Source of the DNA: an uncultured Muribaculaceae bacterium
GTDB taxonomy: Bacteria; Cyanobacteriota; Vampirovibrionia; Gastranaerophilales; Gastranaerophilaceae
Assembly (NCBI GenBank): GCA_964550875.1
Contig: CAZKAS010000002.1
Location: forward strand, 15,806-79,805
Direction: 5' to 3'
DNA: 64,000 nt
Shown: positions 59,197 to 64,000 of the stretch, piece after piece
Numbering within the stretch: the stretch's first letter is position 1
Layout of the letters: each line of letters opens with the position of its first letter
Notes under the pieces: model-generated
What the model saw: the letters and a program-made list of their open reading frames with translations, nothing else
What the model was told of the DNA's origin: nothing
The model's database searches: none
Made by a program: the position numbers and the translations under genes

Positions 59197-59808
59197 TTAT
59201 TTCTCTTCAATTAAAGTATTGTAAATATTTAACATTTTTTCTGCTTGTTTCGTCTTATTTAACTTCTTATACGTGTATGCTAAGTTGTAATAAAAATCAG
59301 GATTTACCGTGTCAAAAGAAATTGCTCTCATAAATGCGGATTTCGCCCTCGTATAGTCGTTAATCGCTAAATAAACATTTCCCAAATTGTACCAAGCAAA
59401 TGAAAAATCTTTCTTAATCTTTAAACATTTTTTATAAGAATTTATCGCTGAATAATATTTGTTGCCTTTGAATTGTATATTGCCCAGATTATAATATGCT
59501 TTATAATTGTTACAATCTACTGAAATAGCCTTCTCTAAAAGCGTTTCCGCATCTAAATCTCTTCCGTAATCTTCGGTTATATTTGCCGCTAAAAGCCATA
59601 ACTCTGAATCCCTTTGACTCTCTGGTATTGTTGAAATTAAACGATATGCCTCTTTTATCTTATTGGTATTGTATAAAATAATTATCTCTTGTTTTATTAA
59701 GGCATTTTCTGACTGCTGTACTCCTAAACCATTTTCGGGCGCTGAAATACAAATTTGTGCCGATAAAAGAAAACTTATTACTGTTAAATATATACAAAAC
59801 TTCTTCAT
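59197..59808 (-). CDS. Exported TPR-repeat protein
   Basis: 203 aa with a signal peptide (LLSAQICISA). Canonical TPRs (AYYNLGNIQFKGNKYYSAINSYKKCLKI, AWYNLGNVYLAINDYTRAKSAFMRAISF, FYYNLAYTYKKLNKTKQAEKML). Confidence 0.7.
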   Translation of the reverse strand: MKKFCIYLTVISFLLSAQICISAPENGLGVQQSENALIKQEIIILYNTNKIKEAYRLISTIPESQRDSELWLLAANITEDYGRDLDAETLLEKAISVDCNNYKAYYNLGNIQFKGNKYYSAINSYKKCLKIKKDFSFAWYNLGNVYLAINDYTRAKSAFMRAISFDTVNPDFYYNLAYTYKKLNKTKQAEKMLNIYNTLIEEK

Positions 59809-59950
59809 ATTAACATTATATTATCTTTCTTTATCAGATGTAAAAATTATTGAAAACATTGTAAATATTTGTAAAAATTTATCGGCATGATTTCCATAAA
59901 AAGTCAATCTATCAAAGAAAATAACGTTTATAGTAGTATCGGAGATAGAA

Positions 59951-60850
59951 ATGATAGCAATAGATGTAAATTATTCATATTTGAGAAAGGCTTTAGGCGT
60001 TGACACAAAACGTCTTAATTCAACGTTTCTATCTACTATTGATGAGTTTATGGAAGCTGAGGCGGCGCAAGGTAATACTCAGGCTGCAAAATTAGAAAAA
60101 GAAATCTTCCAAGATCCTGATTCCGTTCTTGAATTATATCAGTTGACAAGTCCTAAAAACAGATTATTACTCTTAAAACAAATGAAACCGGCTCAATTGC
60201 AAGAAATTATGCAATACTTGGAGCCTGAGGTTTTATATAATGCTTTAAGATTTATCGGTCAAGATAAGTTGATGAAAATTGTCAGCGAATTGCCTAAAGA
60301 AAAGTTAGCTACAATTGTTTTTAGTGCTTTTTCTCCTGAAAAGTTCTTGAAAATTACTAACGAAAAAGAAATTAACAAATTTTTCCAATCTTCTAAAATT
60401 GAAAAAAATAAAATCTTAAATTCTGTTGCTACCTTACAACAAGATAAGTTGCAAAGTATGATGGAAATTATGACCGGTGAGCCTTGTAAACATTGTAGTT
60501 CTGAAGAAGTTCAAACTATGTTGGCGTCAATGGACGACAGAAAATTTCAAAAAACTTTGTTGTCATTTACTCCTGAAACAAAATCAGCAATGGCTTTAGG
60601 TATGATTGAAGAAAATCCTGAATACCTTTTAGAATTTTCTTCCGAAGCAATGATGAAACCTCTTACTCAACTTCAAAAACCTGAATTTTTGAAGACTTTA
60701 AGTGTTCTTCAACCTCAAGACCACTTGGAAATGTTGTCTGCTTTACCTAAAGATGTAATGCCGATGGTTGTTTCTCAAATTGACCCTGAAGTATTCGCTC
60801 AAATTTTAAGCAAAAATTTCCAAGATTTACTGAAACAAGTTGCTCTCTAA
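59951..60850 (+). CDS. Hypothetical helical-repeat protein, weakly MgtE_N/FliG-like
   Basis: 299 aa. Repeated L..L.P.....IL..L patterns (LLLLKQMKPAQLQEIMQYLEPEVLYNAL, MKIVSELPKEKLATIV, HLEMLSALPKDVMPMVVSQIDPEVFAQIL) recall MgtE N-terminal and FliG armadillo-like repeats. Weak. Confidence 0.35.
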   Translation: MIAIDVNYSYLRKALGVDTKRLNSTFLSTIDEFMEAEAAQGNTQAAKLEKEIFQDPDSVLELYQLTSPKNRLLLLKQMKPAQLQEIMQYLEPEVLYNALRFIGQDKLMKIVSELPKEKLATIVFSAFSPEKFLKITNEKEINKFFQSSKIEKNKILNSVATLQQDKLQSMMEIMTGEPCKHCSSEEVQTMLASMDDRKFQKTLLSFTPETKSAMALGMIEENPEYLLEFSSEAMMKPLTQLQKPEFLKTLSVLQPQDHLEMLSALPKDVMPMVVSQIDPEVFAQILSKNFQDLLKQVAL

Positions 60851-60911
60851 TTTTTGCATAGTGTTCATTGCTACTTCGTATTAAGTTAAAGGATTATTAT
60901 TATGAAATTAT

Positions 60912-61700
60912 TTATACATTCCATTTTTTCTTTAATTTTTCAAGAGTCTTATCAATGTGCATTTGTTCGAGTTCACTATTGATAAATTGTTTAAGACCGC
61001 TTGCTTCCGGTGTTGTTTTGAATGCAATCCCATAATATTCTTCTGACAATTTTTGCGGAAGAATTTTGTACCCTTTATAATCCATTAAAAATCCTTTAAG
61101 TAATGATTCGTCTGAAATCATTGCCTCGGCTTGTCCGTTTGTGAATGCTTCGTAACATTCCTGTCTTGTTTTGTATCCAACAAGTATCGCCGCCGGAGCA
61201 AACTTTTTGGGTGTTTTTTCTGCCGTAGATGTTAATCTAACCAGTACTTTTCTCTTATTCAGGTCTTTGACTGTTTTTATAGGACTATTTTCTTTGACTA
61301 TGATTGCTTGTCCAGTTAAATAATATGGTGTTGAAAAATCAATTGTCATAAGCCTTTGAGGTGTTATTGTTATTGCTGAAAGCGCAAAATCTACTTTTCC
61401 TTCTGAAACCATCGCAATTGCTTCAAAACCGCTTGATTTTATGAATTGAATTTTATCCTCACTCCCAAATTGAGCAAGTGCAAGTTTTTTTGCAATGTCA
61501 ATTTCAAATCCTATTGATTTTCCTGTTTTCGTGTCTATGTATCCAAATGGTTTTGTATCGTCACTTACCGCAACTATAAAGTAGCCACGCTCTTTCGCAA
61601 CTTGTAAAATATCTTTTGCTTGCTCTTCTTTTGGTTCAAGTGAACAACCGCTAAATATAATTACTGCAATAAATACTAACAAACAAAATATTTTCTTCAT
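60912..61700 (-). CDS. Amino-acid ABC transporter substrate-binding lipoprotein (SBP_bac_3)
   Basis: 262 aa with lipobox IFSGC. Family pattern FGYIDTKTGKSIGFEIDIAKKLA...TITPQRLMTIDFSTPYY...LEKLKKKW. Confidence 0.85.
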   Translation of the reverse strand: MKKIFCLLVFIAVIIFSGCSLEPKEEQAKDILQVAKERGYFIVAVSDDTKPFGYIDTKTGKSIGFEIDIAKKLALAQFGSEDKIQFIKSSGFEAIAMVSEGKVDFALSAITITPQRLMTIDFSTPYYLTGQAIIVKENSPIKTVKDLNKRKVLVRLTSTAEKTPKKFAPAAILVGYKTRQECYEAFTNGQAEAMISDESLLKGFLMDYKGYKILPQKLSEEYYGIAFKTTPEASGLKQFINSELEQMHIDKTLEKLKKKWNV

Positions 61701-62071
61701 ATTTACCTCTTTTCTCTATGGTAATACAAATAAAACTTAAAACAATCCGCAGTTTTTTAATAACAGTGATAATAAATAGAAAGAAAATTAACAAAAAAAT
61801 ATACTCAACAATCGGTTTCTTCGTTTACAATCTTTAACTTTTTCCCAAAAAACATTACAGAAATGAAATAAATTTGAAGATAAAGAATTTTGCAGCAAAG
61901 TGTTAAAATAACGAGATTGTTCAATATTCCTGTGAAACAAGAGTCGTTAAATCTGAAGTATAAACAGTTGTTATAAATTTCAAATTCCTTGATACTAATA
62001 AATATTACCCAGTCGGGTAATTGTCGCTTGCTTTTTGTACCGTTAAAATAAATCAAAAGATTGGTTATAAA

Positions 62072-63529
62072 ATGATACAAACTACGGGCAGTGATTATTT
62101 ATTAGATGCTATTTTAGAATATTGTGATGATATTATTACTGTTAAAGATTTAGATTTTAAATATATTGCTTTCAACAAAGCTTTTCTTAAACATATTGAT
62201 GTTGAAAAAGGAAATGAAGTTGTCGGCAAATCCGTTGATGCATTCTTTTGTCCTGCTGATTGTGATATTCTTTTGAATAATTTAAAAAAGGTTGTAAAGA
62301 ATTTTAAGCCATATTGTTCTACTTTTGTTTATGTAAAAAACGGTGTTTCAAAAATTGTAAAACAAACAATTACTCCTATCATTAAAAATGGTGTTGTTCA
62401 AAGTATTCTCACGGTTTCTTCCGATGTTACCAATGAAGAAAATTTAAAAACAAAGTTGCTTGATAAAAATTACCAATTGAATACGCTGCTTGAAAATTTG
62501 CCGTTTTTTGTTTTCTTGAAAGATAAGGAAAAAAAACTTGTTGTTGCTACCAAAGATTCTAAAAATTTTCTGGAAAACGGTATTGATAAGTTTTCTAACG
62601 GTTTGCAAATTGATGTTAAACAATCTTTGCCTGAAACAAACAATGAAGATAATTATGTTTTGCAAAATAAAAAATCACTAAAAAAAGAAAAATCAGTATT
62701 GGACAATAAGGGTAATCTTCATTGGTACCGAGTTCATAAGTCACCGATATTAACTTCTTCAAATGAAGTTAATGGAATTTTGACAATTTCACAAAATATT
62801 GACAAAGAAAAACAATTAGAAACTCAGAAAAATTTGTTCTTAGCTACAATTTCTCACGATTTGAAAAACCCACTGCTTTCACAGATATGTTCTTTGGAAA
62901 TGTTATATAAACAATTAATTTCAAAATTGAATGAGGAACAAAAAGAAATTTTTGAATTGGTTGTTGATTCCTCAAAGTTTATGAAATCTATGCTGTACAG
63001 TCTTTTGAAAACTTGTAAGGAAAGTGATGGAGTTATTCAACTTGAACGAAAAAATTTTGATATGCAAAATGTTGTGAAACATTCCGTAAAAGAAATATCA
63101 AGTCTTGCTGCAAATAGAAATATTAAATTATCCGTTGATACTCATTCTGACACAAATGTTATTTATGCTGACGAAAATCAAATGCGCAGAGTCGTCGGCA
63201 ATTTGTTAAATAATGCTGCAAGTTATGCCTTTGAAAATTCTGAGATAAAAATATCTTTGTTTTCTCTAAATAATAAATTTACAATGAATATTGAAAATAA
63301 AAGTAATGAAATTTCAGATAAACTAAAAAAACATATTTTTGATAAATATGTTTGCGGTGATAATATCGGGAATTGTCAAACAGGATTGGGTCTTTATTTT
63401 TGTCGCAAAATAGTTGAGGCGCATGACGGCAAAATTCATTTATTTAACAATAAAAATTTGAACAAATTTGAAATTGAAATACCGATTTTAGATGAAAAAT
63501 CCGCATTATGCTCTCAAGTCGTTTTGTAA
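62072..63529 (+). CDS. PAS-domain sensor histidine kinase (cytoplasmic, no adjacent response regulator)
   Basis: H-box FLATISHDLKNPL, N-box NLLNNAASYA and G-boxes GLGLYFCRKIVEAHDGKI. Two PAS-like segments lie upstream. I prefer the ATG at 62072 over the track start 62021. Confidence 0.85.
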   Translation: MIQTTGSDYLLDAILEYCDDIITVKDLDFKYIAFNKAFLKHIDVEKGNEVVGKSVDAFFCPADCDILLNNLKKVVKNFKPYCSTFVYVKNGVSKIVKQTITPIIKNGVVQSILTVSSDVTNEENLKTKLLDKNYQLNTLLENLPFFVFLKDKEKKLVVATKDSKNFLENGIDKFSNGLQIDVKQSLPETNNEDNYVLQNKKSLKKEKSVLDNKGNLHWYRVHKSPILTSSNEVNGILTISQNIDKEKQLETQKNLFLATISHDLKNPLLSQICSLEMLYKQLISKLNEEQKEIFELVVDSSKFMKSMLYSLLKTCKESDGVIQLERKNFDMQNVVKHSVKEISSLAANRNIKLSVDTHSDTNVIYADENQMRRVVGNLLNNAASYAFENSEIKISLFSLNNKFTMNIENKSNEISDKLKKHIFDKYVCGDNIGNCQTGLGLYFCRKIVEAHDGKIHLFNNKNLNKFEIEIPILDEKSALCSQVVL

Positions 63530-63575
63530 TTCTTTATTTTTCATTCTGTTCAAATGTTATAAATACATTTGATAA

Positions 63576-64000
63576 TTAAAAATTGCTCTTAACTTTTTTC
63601 CACCAAGATTTTGCTTTATCGACTTTATCTCCGACAAATTCTTTTCCGTCGTCGTATAAATCCTTTGCTTTGTCAACGGTATCTTCGACAAATTCTTTTC
63701 CGTCTTTATATAAGTCTTTCGCTTTGTCTATTCCTTCGTTTACTTTTGGACGAAGAACATAGTCAACTTTTCCAAGCCCGTGCGATATTTTTTCTTGAAT
63801 TTTTGTTCCCATTTTTTCTGAATCTAATTTCTTTGCTGTTGTCGCTTCTTTCAAGTCCGTTAAAGAAAGATCGTTTACATTTTTCATAAAGTCATCTTTT
63901 GGATAAGTTATTGTTTTACTTGAATCCCAAGGGTTTACAACATAAACATTTTCGTCATCAACAGATTTTATACTGTAAACGTGACTATTTACAATTTCTC
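63576..64000 (-). CDS. Partial protein: possible calpain/papain-like cysteine peptidase C-terminal core plus a repeat tail (N-terminus beyond the right window edge)
   Basis: The frame of the 103-aa track ORF stays open upstream to base 64000 (…EIVNSHVYSIKSVDDENVYVVNPWDSSKTITYPKDDF-MKNV…). H-x-Y-S ... N-P-W resembles the His/Asn region of calpain-type peptidases. The tail carries three DKAKDLYxDGKEFVxDxV repeats. Confidence 0.4.
   Translation of the reverse strand, partial: EIVNSHVYSIKSVDDENVYVVNPWDSSKTITYPKDDFMKNVNDLSLTDLKEATTAKKLDSEKMGTKIQEKISHGLGKVDYVLRPKVNEGIDKAKDLYKDGKEFVEDTVDKAKDLYDDGKEFVGDKVDKAKSWWKKVKSNF

Noticed and set aside
61805-62080. 91-aa minus-strand ORF upstream of the histidine kinase
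   Set aside because: It occupies the AT-rich promoter region. It has hydrophobic junk composition and no RBS.

Overview
Strongly AT-rich, gene-dense bacterial chromosomal segment with roughly 55 protein genes and 2 tRNAs. It reads as core genome, not a mobile island: I saw no integrase, transposase, phage gene, CRISPR array or rRNA.

Housekeeping anchors:
- atpD-atpC
- clpC
- mnmG-rsmA-ispE-murQ-udg
- tilS-hpt
- ilvE
- ruvA-glgA
- mazG
- galM

Accessory content:
- A six-gene efflux locus (TetR, outer-membrane factor, YbhG-like adaptor, YbhF/S/R-like ABC) whose adaptor gene carries an in-frame TGA.
- A surface-polymer cluster (Stealth phosphotransferase, PIG-L deacetylase, glycosyltransferase).
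- SLH, TPR, ankyrin and J-domain proteins, plus a 982-aa coiled-coil protein.
- WYL and XRE regulators.

Most notable non-coding observations:
- A ~170-nt promoter-to-terminator unit (56806-56973) that folds into a 6S-RNA-like rod.
- Degenerate duplications of the tRNA-Lys 3' end and its terminator next to a decayed phosphoesterase gene.
- A (TATATC)6 repeat abutting the efflux-locus promoter.
- An orphan terminator in the leader of an MFS transporter.

Lineage guess (low confidence): a diderm of the non-photosynthetic cyanobacterial branch (Melainabacteria/Vampirovibrionia-like). This rests on an atpD-atpC pair detached from the other atp genes, an LdpA-like Fe-S protein, an SLH-domain protein, ClpC and the low G+C. 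I found no convincing complete novel multi-gene system such as a defence island. The findings are individual anomalies, ranked honestly.
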